From: an uncultured delta proteobacterium
GTDB taxonomy: Bacteria; Desulfobacterota; Binatia; UBA9968
Assembly: GCA_963804165.1 (NCBI GenBank)
Contig: CAWDPO010000003.1
Coordinates: forward strand, 192,001 to 256,000
Direction of reading: 5' to 3'
DNA: 64,000 nucleotides
Position 1 is the first letter of the stretch; each line of letters begins with the position of its first letter. Positions 52,487-61,108 of the stretch are shown piece after piece. The translations under genes and the position numbers were made by a program. The notes beneath the pieces were generated by a model. That model ran no database searches, had not been told where the DNA came from, and saw only the letters and a program-made list of their open reading frames with translations.

Positions 52487-53695
52487 CTAATACAAAACTT
52501 TCTCTTCATCTAATTTCTTTATTTCAGCGTCGTTAAGACCGAGCAGATTTCTCGCGATCTCGTGCGTATGCTCGCCCATCAGCGGCGCAACGCCGCGCAC
52601 TTTGCCGGGTGTCTCCGACAAGCGCATGGGAACGTTTTCGGTCACCACGTCGCCGGCTTCGGGCTCGGTCAGATTGACCAGATAGCCCGTCGCGGCGTAC
52701 TGCTTGTCGCGTTTGAACTGATCCTCGACATCCTGCACGACGGCGGCGCAAATGCCGATCCCTTGCAGCGTCTCCATGACTTCGTACGGATCATGCTGCG
52801 CCGTCCAGGTGGTGATCCATTTATCCAATTCGTCTCTATGGCGCACGCGCTGCAAGTGAGTGGCGAATTTTGGATCGCGCTTCAAGCCCGACTTTTCGAG
52901 GAGCCTGACCAATCGCTCCCACTCGTCCTCGTGATAAACAGAGATGACGCACCAGCGATCGTCGCCTTGGCACCGGTACGGTCCGTAGGGGGCGGCGATC
53001 AAACTGCGGTTACCCTCGGGTTTCGGCTCGCGCTTGTTGACGGTGTATTCGAGATATTTCGGGCCGAGAATCGACGCGCCGATTTCCTGCTGCGCGCTGT
53101 CGATCCACTGACCGCAGCCGATTTTTTTCCGTTGAATCAACGCGCACACGACGCCGAACGCCCCGGTGACGCCGCCCATAAAATCGGGATGCTGCGTACG
53201 CGGCTCGGCGGTCGCCGTCGTCGCGTCCGGATAGTTCCACAGATAGGTCGTGGCCATTGTATTACCGACGTTGGGTCCATAGGTGAGATCGGCCGCGTGC
53301 GGGCCCGTGCAGCCCATGCCCTTAACGCGGATCAAAATGATATTCGGGTTGATCTTTTTTAAGTCCGGCCAGTCGAGGCCCCATTTTTCGAGAATGCCTA
53401 AACCGAAATTTTCCACCAGCACGTCGGATTTCTTCGCCAGCTCTCTGACCAGCTCGCGGCCTTTGGGCGTCTGCATGTTGACGGTGAAAGATTTCTTGCC
53501 GCGCTGGAGCTTCATGAAGTCAGGTTTCTTGTTCCACAATTTCGGGTCTTCGCCGCGATGGCCGTCGCCGCGCAGGCGCGTCTCGCAGCGGATTACTTCG
53601 GCGCCGAATTCACCGAGCACGCGGGCGACGGTGGGCCCGGCAGCGCCGGTGGTGAGTTCGATGACGCGTATTCCTTCAAGGGGAAACTTGCTCAT
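52487..53695 (-). CDS. Class III (CaiB/BaiF) CoA-transferase with catalytic Asp
   Basis: PLEGIRVIEL, AGP, GAEVIRCE, RGKKS, DVLVENF, QHPDFMGG. Confidence 0.92.
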   Translation of the reverse strand: MSKFPLEGIRVIELTTGAAGPTVARVLGEFGAEVIRCETRLRGDGHRGEDPKLWNKKPDFMKLQRGKKSFTVNMQTPKGRELVRELAKKSDVLVENFGLGILEKWGLDWPDLKKINPNIILIRVKGMGCTGPHAADLTYGPNVGNTMATTYLWNYPDATTATAEPRTQHPDFMGGVTGAFGVVCALIQRKKIGCGQWIDSAQQEIGASILGPKYLEYTVNKREPKPEGNRSLIAAPYGPYRCQGDDRWCVISVYHEDEWERLVRLLEKSGLKRDPKFATHLQRVRHRDELDKWITTWTAQHDPYEVMETLQGIGICAAVVQDVEDQFKRDKQYAATGYLVNLTEPEAGDVVTENVPMRLSETPGKVRGVAPLMGEHTHEIARNLLGLNDAEIKKLDEEKVLY

Positions 53696-53710
53696 AGTGT
53701 TCTTTCCGGT

Positions 53711-53795
53711 TGGAGTAATCGAGTACTGGAGTATCGGAGTACTGGGTTTTTTCGAATTGCCCAACACTCCATTATTCCAATAGTCCATTATTCCA
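53711..53795. repeat. 8-nt-period tandem/inverted repeat hairpin
   Basis: TGGAGTAA TCGAGTAC TGGAGTAT CGGAGTAC ... CCCAACAC TCCATTAT TCCAATAG TCCATTAT; same family as 12006. Confidence 0.8.
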
Positions 53796-53803
53796 ATTTA
53801 TCT

Positions 53804-55015
53804 TCAGATCACTCCTTCGGCGCTGAGCGCGATGAGATCGTCGTTGCTCATGCACAAGTCGCCGGCGTAGATTTCCTGGTTATGTTCGCCGAGTAGCGGG
53901 GCCGGTCGGTAGATGCTGCCCGGTGTTTCCATTAGGCGCGGCACGACGCCGAATTGTTTATATTTGCCGATCACCGGATGCTCCATATCGACGAAAAGCT
54001 CACGCGCCTTGGTCTGTTCCATCTCGATGAATTCCCCGGCGGTGTTGATCGGCGTGACGGCAATGCGGCGCTTCTGTCCTTCTTCGTAAAGCTCTTCTTT
54101 CGTATAGCGGCTACAAAATTCCGCGATGGCTCCCACCACGATGTCCGGGTGCTGCCGCCGATAGGACATCTTTTCGAACTCCGGCCCGGAGATCGACGCT
54201 GGACGTCCCATCCAGTCGACTAGCCGACGCCATTGCTCGATCGGGATTATAAAGATGCGCGCGTAACCGTTTTTTGTCGCATAAGGATCATAGAGATCTG
54301 TCTCTTCGCCTTTGCGCGAGGCGCGCGCCGGCTTTGCGCCGGTGTAACCATAGTTCGGTATAAAATAACCGGCGATATGACCGGCGCACTCGTGCATCGA
54401 TACATCGATGTATTGACCATTGCCGCCTTCGAGTCTGTGGTAGAGCGCGACCGCGATTCCAAAGGCGCCGTAGGTCGACGCCATGCCGTAAGCGATTTCT
54501 CCGGGCGGTTGCAGCGGCGGCTCGCCGGGCTCGCCCGCTAAATAGAGTAAATTACCAAGCGCTATGCCGGCCATGTCGTTGGCTTTGTAATCACGCCATG
54601 GGCCGGTCTGGCCGAAAGGCGTGAGCGCCGCATAGACGAGAGCGCGATTCTGCTCGCGCAATGTTTGGTAACCTATTCCCAACTCATCCATGCGTCCGGG
54701 ACGCGCGGTTTCGATAACGACGTCGGCCTTCTTGGCGAGCTCGAGAAGCACCGCGCGGCCGTCGGGCTTTTCCACGTCCAGTGTGATGCTGCGCTTGTTG
54801 GTATTGAAATGGAGGAAGTAGAGGCTTTTTTCCGGATGCGGCGTGTCGTCTTTAAAAGGCGGAATCCGCCGCGACTCATCGCCGGCAGGCGGCTCGATCT
54901 TGATCACATCGGCGCCCATGTCGGCCAAGAGCTTTGTGCAATGAAGTCCGAGCGGCCCCGCGAGATCGAGCACACGATAGTCAGACAATGGGCCGGTTCT
55001 GGTAAATCTATCCAT
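53804..55015 (-). CDS. Class III CoA-transferase partner subunit
   Basis: PLSDYRVLDL, LLADMGADVIKIEPP.GD, NTNKRSITLD, TPFGQTGPW, APLLGEHN. Confidence 0.92.
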   Translation of the reverse strand: MDRFTRTGPLSDYRVLDLAGPLGLHCTKLLADMGADVIKIEPPAGDESRRIPPFKDDTPHPEKSLYFLHFNTNKRSITLDVEKPDGRAVLLELAKKADVVIETARPGRMDELGIGYQTLREQNRALVYAALTPFGQTGPWRDYKANDMAGIALGNLLYLAGEPGEPPLQPPGEIAYGMASTYGAFGIAVALYHRLEGGNGQYIDVSMHECAGHIAGYFIPNYGYTGAKPARASRKGEETDLYDPYATKNGYARIFIIPIEQWRRLVDWMGRPASISGPEFEKMSYRRQHPDIVVGAIAEFCSRYTKEELYEEGQKRRIAVTPINTAGEFIEMEQTKARELFVDMEHPVIGKYKQFGVVPRLMETPGSIYRPAPLLGEHNQEIYAGDLCMSNDDLIALSAEGVI

Positions 55016-55313
55016 GAAATTCCTCGGAGAATGTGGCGAACTGTATTCGTCCGCGATTCTTACTTGGAGGTGGCGAGAGTGTCAAGGCGGCGGCAAGCAA
55101 AGTTTCTAGTTTTAAATTTGTAATTGCTACCAGGCGCAAAGCACGAACTCGCCATCGGAAACGGTATCTGCGATGCTGGCTTTTCGATTTACAAGCGGCG
55201 GCGACCTTAGTATGTATCGGGTGAATGAAAGCTCCGCGCAGCGGGGCGGCGCAATATTTTCGCGCGCATCGATGACGGCGTGCCGATTTCATGCTTGGAC
55301 TGTAAGGGTTTTC

Positions 55314-56375
55314 ATGGCGAGACCAAAGCTCAGAGCGGGCGCGGCGATAGGTATTTTGTACAGTGCGCTGGCGTTCTCGTTCGGAAACGAAATCATTCTC
55401 GCGCAATCGTCATTTTTTGAAGGCAAAACCGTTCGGATCGTCGTCGGATATCCGGCCGGTACGACGCACGACACCTGGGCGCGGCTCGCCGGTCAGTACA
55501 TGAAGAAATATATTCCGGGGAATCCTGATTTTCTCGTCCAGTCGATGACGGGTGCCGGCTCGATGGTTGCGGCCAATTATGTTTACGGCGTCGCTAAACC
55601 CGATGGGCTGACCCTCGCTACGTTCAACGCCGCGCTTTATTTCGAACAGCTCATCGGGCGCAAGGAAGTGCAATTCGACTGGTCGAGGATGGCCTGGATC
55701 GGCAGCTCGACGCCCGCGACACGGCTGTTTTATATCCGCGCCGATAGCCCACTTGCGACGATCGCCGAACTGCGAAAAGCTTCCGACCCGCCCAAGTGCG
55801 GCACCACGGGGCGTGGCACGACGGGTTACATTTTGCCGAAGCTTTTTGAGGAATCGCTTGGACTCAAGCTGGTAGTTGTAAGCGGCTATCCCGGCGGGGG
55901 CGAGGTCGATCTGGCGATCGAAAAGGGCGAAATTCAGTGCAACTCCACGTCGCTCTCCGTCTACTTCGGCCGCGAGCCCTTCGATAGCTGGCGCAAGAAA
56001 AATTTTGTGCGCGTGCTGATCCAGACCGGCCGCGCTCGCGATCCGCGCCTGCCGAACGTGCCGACGATTTACGAGCTGATGGACGAATACAAAACGCCGG
56101 AGGCGAGCCGACGGCTGACGGCGGCGTTCCTTGACGCGGGGCGCTTCGGCTCATGGCCCATCGTCGCGCCGCCAGGAGTTTCCACCGAGCGAGCGAAGAT
56201 CCTGCGCGACGCTTTTGCGAAGGCAGCGAGCGATCCAACTTTCATTGCTGAGGCGAATAAAAAACAACTGGAGGTCGAGCCGATCCGGGGCGAGGACCTC
56301 GCGGTTTTGGCCAAAGAAGTCATGGCGCAACCGCCGGAAGTGATCGCGAGGCTGAAAGAATTGCTAGGACAATGA
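55314..56375 (+). CDS. TctC/Bug tripartite tricarboxylate transporter substrate-binding protein
   Basis: FEGKTVRIVVGYPAG, GAGSMVAANYVY.VAKPDGLT, GYPGG, LPNVPT. Confidence 0.9.
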   Translation: MARPKLRAGAAIGILYSALAFSFGNEIILAQSSFFEGKTVRIVVGYPAGTTHDTWARLAGQYMKKYIPGNPDFLVQSMTGAGSMVAANYVYGVAKPDGLTLATFNAALYFEQLIGRKEVQFDWSRMAWIGSSTPATRLFYIRADSPLATIAELRKASDPPKCGTTGRGTTGYILPKLFEESLGLKLVVVSGYPGGGEVDLAIEKGEIQCNSTSLSVYFGREPFDSWRKKNFVRVLIQTGRARDPRLPNVPTIYELMDEYKTPEASRRLTAAFLDAGRFGSWPIVAPPGVSTERAKILRDAFAKAASDPTFIAEANKKQLEVEPIRGEDLAVLAKEVMAQPPEVIARLKELLGQ

Positions 56376-56448
56376 ATAACGACCGTGGTCTGGCAGCGAC
56401 AAGCGATGGCGCGCGCAGTGGCGAAATAAGACACGGGGAGAAATTTCG

Positions 56449-57453
56449 TTGATGACGTTGTGGAAAAGCGCGCGAGGCGTTGTCCTCGGTCTCGGGATAA
56501 CGGCCGCGCTGTTGATCTCGGCACGGGCTCTGGCCGCCGACAAAGTCCGCATGGCGTACGTAAGCCCGAGCGTGTCGCTGTCGTTGCCCTGGGTGGCCAG
56601 GGAAACTGGGATTCTCGCCAAGCATGATTTAGTCGCCGAGGTTCTTCTTATCACGGGCAGTCCGAGATTGGTTCAATCCCTCATCGCTGGCGACGTCGAT
56701 GTCGCCTTCGCCGGCATCACCGCGATAACCCGCGCGCGGGTGCGCGGCGCCGACGTCGCGATTCTCGGCGCCTCGGCCAATGTTTCAAGCCAAAAGCTCA
56801 TGGTCGGCCGAAATTCGAAAGCACGCCGTGTCGAAGATTTGAAAGGGGCGATCATCGGCGTGTCGCAGTACGGTTCGGAAGCGGACACCTTCACACGCAA
56901 TGCGCTGGCGCTGGCTGGACTGAAGCCGGACAAGGACGTGACGATTCTTCAGCTCGGCGGTCATCCGCAGGTCGCCGCCGCGATGGTCGCGGGCAAACTC
57001 GACGTCGGCGCGCTGGCCGGTCTCGCCGCGTTGACTGCGGAAAAAGCCGGCGCGAGGCTTCTTGCCAGCGCCTCCGAATTAAAAATTCTTTCGCCTTCGG
57101 GCACCTTTGCCGCGACTCGCGGATTTATCCAGCGCAGACGCGGCGTGGTCGATCGGCTGATGCGTTCCTTCGTCGAGGTAATTCACTTTTTAAAGACAAA
57201 TCGCACCGGCTCAATCACGCTGCTGCAGAAATATTTCGGCGGCTTGAGCGCCGAAGAGGCGAGTTATCTTTACCAGGAGCAGATCGATTTGATGGAAGTT
57301 CTGCCCGCGCCCAACGAGAAAGCGCTGCAGGCGGTGCTCGATCGCGAAATCGATCCGAAGGCAAAGAGTTTTTCTACGGCAGACTTCGTCGACGCGAGCT
57401 TTTTTAGAGAAATTGAAAAGGGCGGTATGATCGAGCAATTGTATCGGAGGTAA
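56449..57453 (+). CDS. ABC substrate-binding protein, SsuA/NMT1-like
   Basis: ADKVRMAY, LPWVARETG, LIAGDVD, DLKGAIIGVSQYGS, GLKPDKDV. Confidence 0.88.
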   Translation: MMTLWKSARGVVLGLGITAALLISARALAADKVRMAYVSPSVSLSLPWVARETGILAKHDLVAEVLLITGSPRLVQSLIAGDVDVAFAGITAITRARVRGADVAILGASANVSSQKLMVGRNSKARRVEDLKGAIIGVSQYGSEADTFTRNALALAGLKPDKDVTILQLGGHPQVAAAMVAGKLDVGALAGLAALTAEKAGARLLASASELKILSPSGTFAATRGFIQRRRGVVDRLMRSFVEVIHFLKTNRTGSITLLQKYFGGLSAEEASYLYQEQIDLMEVLPAPNEKALQAVLDREIDPKAKSFSTADFVDASFFREIEKGGMIEQLYRR

Positions 57454-57487
57454 ATAGGATAGGTTCTTAACAAGAAAGGAGACAACC

Positions 57488-57853
57488 ATGGCACGTATCA
57501 GACATATAGCATTACTCACGAAGGATACCGAGAAACTTGCGGCGTTTTACAAGACATCCTTCGGTCTCAATGAGGTCGCGCGCAGCGGCGAAGCGAGCGA
57601 ACATGGCCGGGCAATTTATCTCTCCGACGGACACATCAATCTCGCCGTTCTCCCGGCGCGTAATCGTCGCGAGGGAATTTACCATTTCGGCATGGAAGTG
57701 GAGGATGTGAAGACAGCCGCGCAAACGGCACTCGCCGCCGGCGCCACCGGGGGCACCGCCGAGCTCCCCCGGGACGGACGCTTCGCCGAAACTTTTGTCC
57801 TCGATCCGGTGGGGACGCGCGTCGATCTGTCTCTGGGATGGAAGGTGTCCTAG
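57488..57853 (+). CDS. VOC/glyoxalase family protein
   Basis: IRHIAL.T.D.EKLAAFYK, LSDGHINLA, GIYHFGMEVED, DPVG. Confidence 0.9.
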   Translation: MARIRHIALLTKDTEKLAAFYKTSFGLNEVARSGEASEHGRAIYLSDGHINLAVLPARNRREGIYHFGMEVEDVKTAAQTALAAGATGGTAELPRDGRFAETFVLDPVGTRVDLSLGWKVS

Positions 57854-57891
57854 CGCCTTCCGCTCGAGAGTGGAGCAATTGAAAATCTATT

Positions 57892-57935
57892 GAGTCGGGC
57901 AGCTAAATCGGCCGCCCGACTCGTCAGTTTTATTA
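57892..57935 (+). terminator. Terminator-like hairpin
   Basis: GAGTCGGGC/GCCCGACTC stem followed by a T-rich tract. Confidence 0.5.
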
Positions 57936-57975
57936 TTAAATCCGAGCGGCGGCGCGGAGTCGTCGTCTCCAGAGT

Positions 57976-58283
57976 CTAATTGACGGCAAAGCAGGGGAAC
58001 AAGCCGTTGCGGCCTGAGCCGTGCAGAGTTTCTTGGCTGCGTTCGCTGCCTTCTTCGCGTTGCTCGTGCAGTTGCGGCAGATCACGTCTTCGCTACAGTG
58101 AGCACCCCCCCTGTCCGGCTGGGAATCGGTCAAAATATCGCGCGTATCAGGTTTGTCCCGCGGCCGATTTATCGGCGAGCCTTTTTCGTTCAGCGCCGTT
58201 TCCTTGCTGAGTTTATTGTCGGCGCTATGGAGATTGTTAACATCGCGCGCGATGACGAGACCTTTGGCGTTCTGCCACGGGCC
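57976..58283 (-). pseudogene. Remnant of a bacterial endostatin/C-type lectin-like protein
   Basis: Minus-strand pieces GPWQNAKGLVIARDVNNLH...ALNEKG...DILTDSQPD...CRNCTSN...SQETL..SGRNGLFPCFAVN*; no start, apparent internal deletion. Confidence 0.6.
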
Positions 58284-58321
58284 AGGCTAATTTTTTAGGC
58301 TGGCATAATCTTTTTTGATCC

Positions 58322-59122
58322 CTATTGCGCCATGACGAGGCGGAGCCCAACCAGACCGAGGGCGGCAGCTAGGCTGCGAATAATCCAGTCGCCATGGATG
58401 TGCCGCGACAGTCTTGCGGCGATCTGCGCGCCGAGGATGGCGCCGATCGAAAGCGCAACGGCGCGACGCACTCCGTGATGGAATAGACCGGCGGCGACGT
58501 GAGTCGCAGTCCCCGTAAAGGCGGTGAGGGTCAAAACAAACAGCGACGTGGCGGTGGCGATATGGATCGGGAAGCGCAGCAGGTAAATCAGCGCGGGGAC
58601 GTAGAGAAAGCCACCGCCGATACCCAAAAAGCTCGACACGAAACCGAAGACCGTGCTCAAGCCCGCGCCAATGAGCAATGTGGGAAAAGTTAGGTTTCGT
58701 CCCATGTTAGTTTCGAGATCCAGTTGCGCGATTGCCGCCGTACTTTTCTTGCGGGGACTGAAGACCAAAAAGATCGCTACAGCAACCAAGAGCAGACCAA
58801 AGACGAGATTGAAGTGCACCCGGCTTATGGCCGTAGTCGCAAGCGCGCCGGCAACTGCTCCGGGCATTGTCGCGATCGCGAAAATCACTCCCCATTTAAA
58901 ATCGATCCGGCTGGATCGCGCGTACACCAGGGTTCCTGAGAGGGCGTTAAAGAAAACCACGGCCAGGGAAATGCTCGTGATCGTTTCCGGGGCTTCGTCG
59001 GGATAGATCAACAGCAATGCGGGAGCGAGAACGAAACCGCCGCCGGCGCCGATTAACGTGCCGTAGCCGCCGGCAAGAAAACCGAGTGGGATGAGCCAAA
59101 GAAGATGGAGATACTGATCCAT
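58322..59122 (-). CDS. Sulfite exporter TauE/SafE family membrane protein
   Basis: GTLIGAGGGF, SFLGIGGGFLYVPAL, ATATSL; multiple TM segments. Confidence 0.9.
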   Translation of the reverse strand: MDQYLHLLWLIPLGFLAGGYGTLIGAGGGFVLAPALLLIYPDEAPETITSISLAVVFFNALSGTLVYARSSRIDFKWGVIFAIATMPGAVAGALATTAISRVHFNLVFGLLLVAVAIFLVFSPRKKSTAAIAQLDLETNMGRNLTFPTLLIGAGLSTVFGFVSSFLGIGGGFLYVPALIYLLRFPIHIATATSLFVLTLTAFTGTATHVAAGLFHHGVRRAVALSIGAILGAQIAARLSRHIHGDWIIRSLAAALGLVGLRLVMAQ

Positions 59123-59791
59123 CGGAAGCTTTTATATTGCGGTTGACGTTCATTCAACACTTGGATCCCGCGCCGGCACGGAAATGGTGCGGGCCTTTGG
59201 TCGATTCGCGATAATCGATTCGAGAGAGCTGCGCGGGATTGGCAAATATCCACGTCTTAAGAACGACGGTGCTAATTTGTGCATCGAGCTAAACTGCCGT
59301 GTTATGATACGTGAGACAGGGCGTGACAGAGTCGGGCGAAGCGCGTCAGACTCGCATATCACCAATGCCCCGGTACCGGCATCATACTTAGTTGCCCAGG
59401 TGTTTCGCGGCGTGCTGCGTGGACTTTACGTTCGTGGGCTCACGAAAGTCTTCGCGGGTTGATTGGGTCAACCTCAGTGGGTGCTTCTCGACCGTTTGTT
59501 TTTGCCGCGCTGGGTATAGACTGGACTGAACAAATCTGTTTCATGTAGAGGAGTAGGGTTCGGTGGCGGGGAAGTAGCGGCGATCATCGTGAAGCCGCGT
59601 TCCAGATTGGATGTCCTTGCTGGTAGTCGGAACAGGATATCGGATTGACGACGGCCGCGCGCCGCTGCCGGCAGTTTTTCACTAAAAAGCTCATCGGCGA
59701 TTCGCTGAGATTTACGGCGCTTCGCTATTCTTGAATATCGACACGAGACGATTGCCGCTAGCAGTCGTCAATCGAGGAAAGGATCCATGCC

Positions 59792-61075
59792 ATGGAATAC
59801 GATACCGCCTTTCGGCCCTACCTGGCCAAGCGCATCGAACAGATCGAGTCAGCGGACATCGTCGTCGGTATCCCTTGCTACAATAACGACGCTACGATAG
59901 TACACGTTATCAAGCAGGTCAGCCGCGGCCTTGCCAAGCATTACAAATCGGCGCGCTCGGTCATCTTGATCTCCGACGGCGGCTCCACTGACGATACCCG
60001 CGAGGTTGCTCGCGAGGAAGAGATCATGCCATGGCAGGAGAAGATCGTTTTCGTCTATCGCGGTTTGGCCGGCAAAGGCACCGCGCTGCGGGCAATCTTC
60101 GAAGCGGCGGATAAGCTCGGCGCGAGCGCCTGCGTGGTGGTAGACGCGGACTTGCGGAGCATCACCCCGGACTGGATTCGATATCTCCTGGAGCCGGTAC
60201 TGGAAAAAAACTTCGACTACGTCGCGCCGATGTATTCGCGCTACAAATGGGACGGTACGATCACCAACAACGTAGCGTACAATTTAACGCGATCGCTTTA
60301 CGGCAAGCGCATCCGCCAGCCGATCGGCGGCGACTTCGGGCTGTCGAAAAATACCATCCGCTCCTATCTCACGCAAAACGTTTGGATGACGGATGTCGCC
60401 CGTTTCGGCATCGATATCTGGATGACCACCCAGGCCATCGCGAGCGGCTGCCGGGTCTGCCAAGCCAATCTCGGCGTGAAAGTTCACGATCCGAAAGATC
60501 CCGGCGTGGCTCTCGGCCCGATGTTCCGCCAGGTCGTTTGGACGCTTTTTACGCTGATGGAACAGCATGCTCCGGTGTGGAAGGACGTTCGTGGGAGCGA
60601 GCCGATCGAAAGTTTCGGTTCAACGGAATCTCCCGAGCCCGAGCCCATCAACGTCAACCAGGAGTTGTTGATCCAGAATTTCAAGTTGGCGTTTCAACAT
60701 TTTGGCGCGCTCTGGAAAGATCTGCTGAGCTCGTCTTCCTATGGTGTGGTGCAAAAGCTCGCCGCTTCAGAGCGCAAGAATTTTTTCCTCGACGCCACTT
60801 CCTGGGCGCACATTCTTTACGAGATCGCCGCGATCTTTCATCACTGGCCTAAGGACCGCGCCAAGCTGGTCGATCTGATGAGCCCCCTTTACGAGGCCCG
60901 GGTCGCTTCCTTTATAAATGAAACCGCCGAGATGACCACCGCGGAGTCCGAACAGGTCGTCGAACGGCAGGCGGAAGTTTTCGAGCAAGAGAAATCCTAT
61001 CTGCTCAATCGCTGGGAGACCGATGACAGCGGTCCCAAACCGAAGAGCTTGTTGCAAAAGGTGATCGGTGGTTGA
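59792..61075 (+). CDS. Glycosyltransferase, glucosylglycerate/mannosylglycerate synthase-like
   Basis: IVVGIPCYNN, DGGSTDDT, GKGTAL, VDADL, RYKWDGTITN, RQPIGGDF, FGIDIWMT. Confidence 0.82.
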   Translation: MEYDTAFRPYLAKRIEQIESADIVVGIPCYNNDATIVHVIKQVSRGLAKHYKSARSVILISDGGSTDDTREVAREEEIMPWQEKIVFVYRGLAGKGTALRAIFEAADKLGASACVVVDADLRSITPDWIRYLLEPVLEKNFDYVAPMYSRYKWDGTITNNVAYNLTRSLYGKRIRQPIGGDFGLSKNTIRSYLTQNVWMTDVARFGIDIWMTTQAIASGCRVCQANLGVKVHDPKDPGVALGPMFRQVVWTLFTLMEQHAPVWKDVRGSEPIESFGSTESPEPEPINVNQELLIQNFKLAFQHFGALWKDLLSSSSYGVVQKLAASERKNFFLDATSWAHILYEIAAIFHHWPKDRAKLVDLMSPLYEARVASFINETAEMTTAESEQVVERQAEVFEQEKSYLLNRWETDDSGPKPKSLLQKVIGG

Positions 61076-61108
61076 TATGAGCGAAATCGACTCGGAGCTC
61101 TCATTCTC

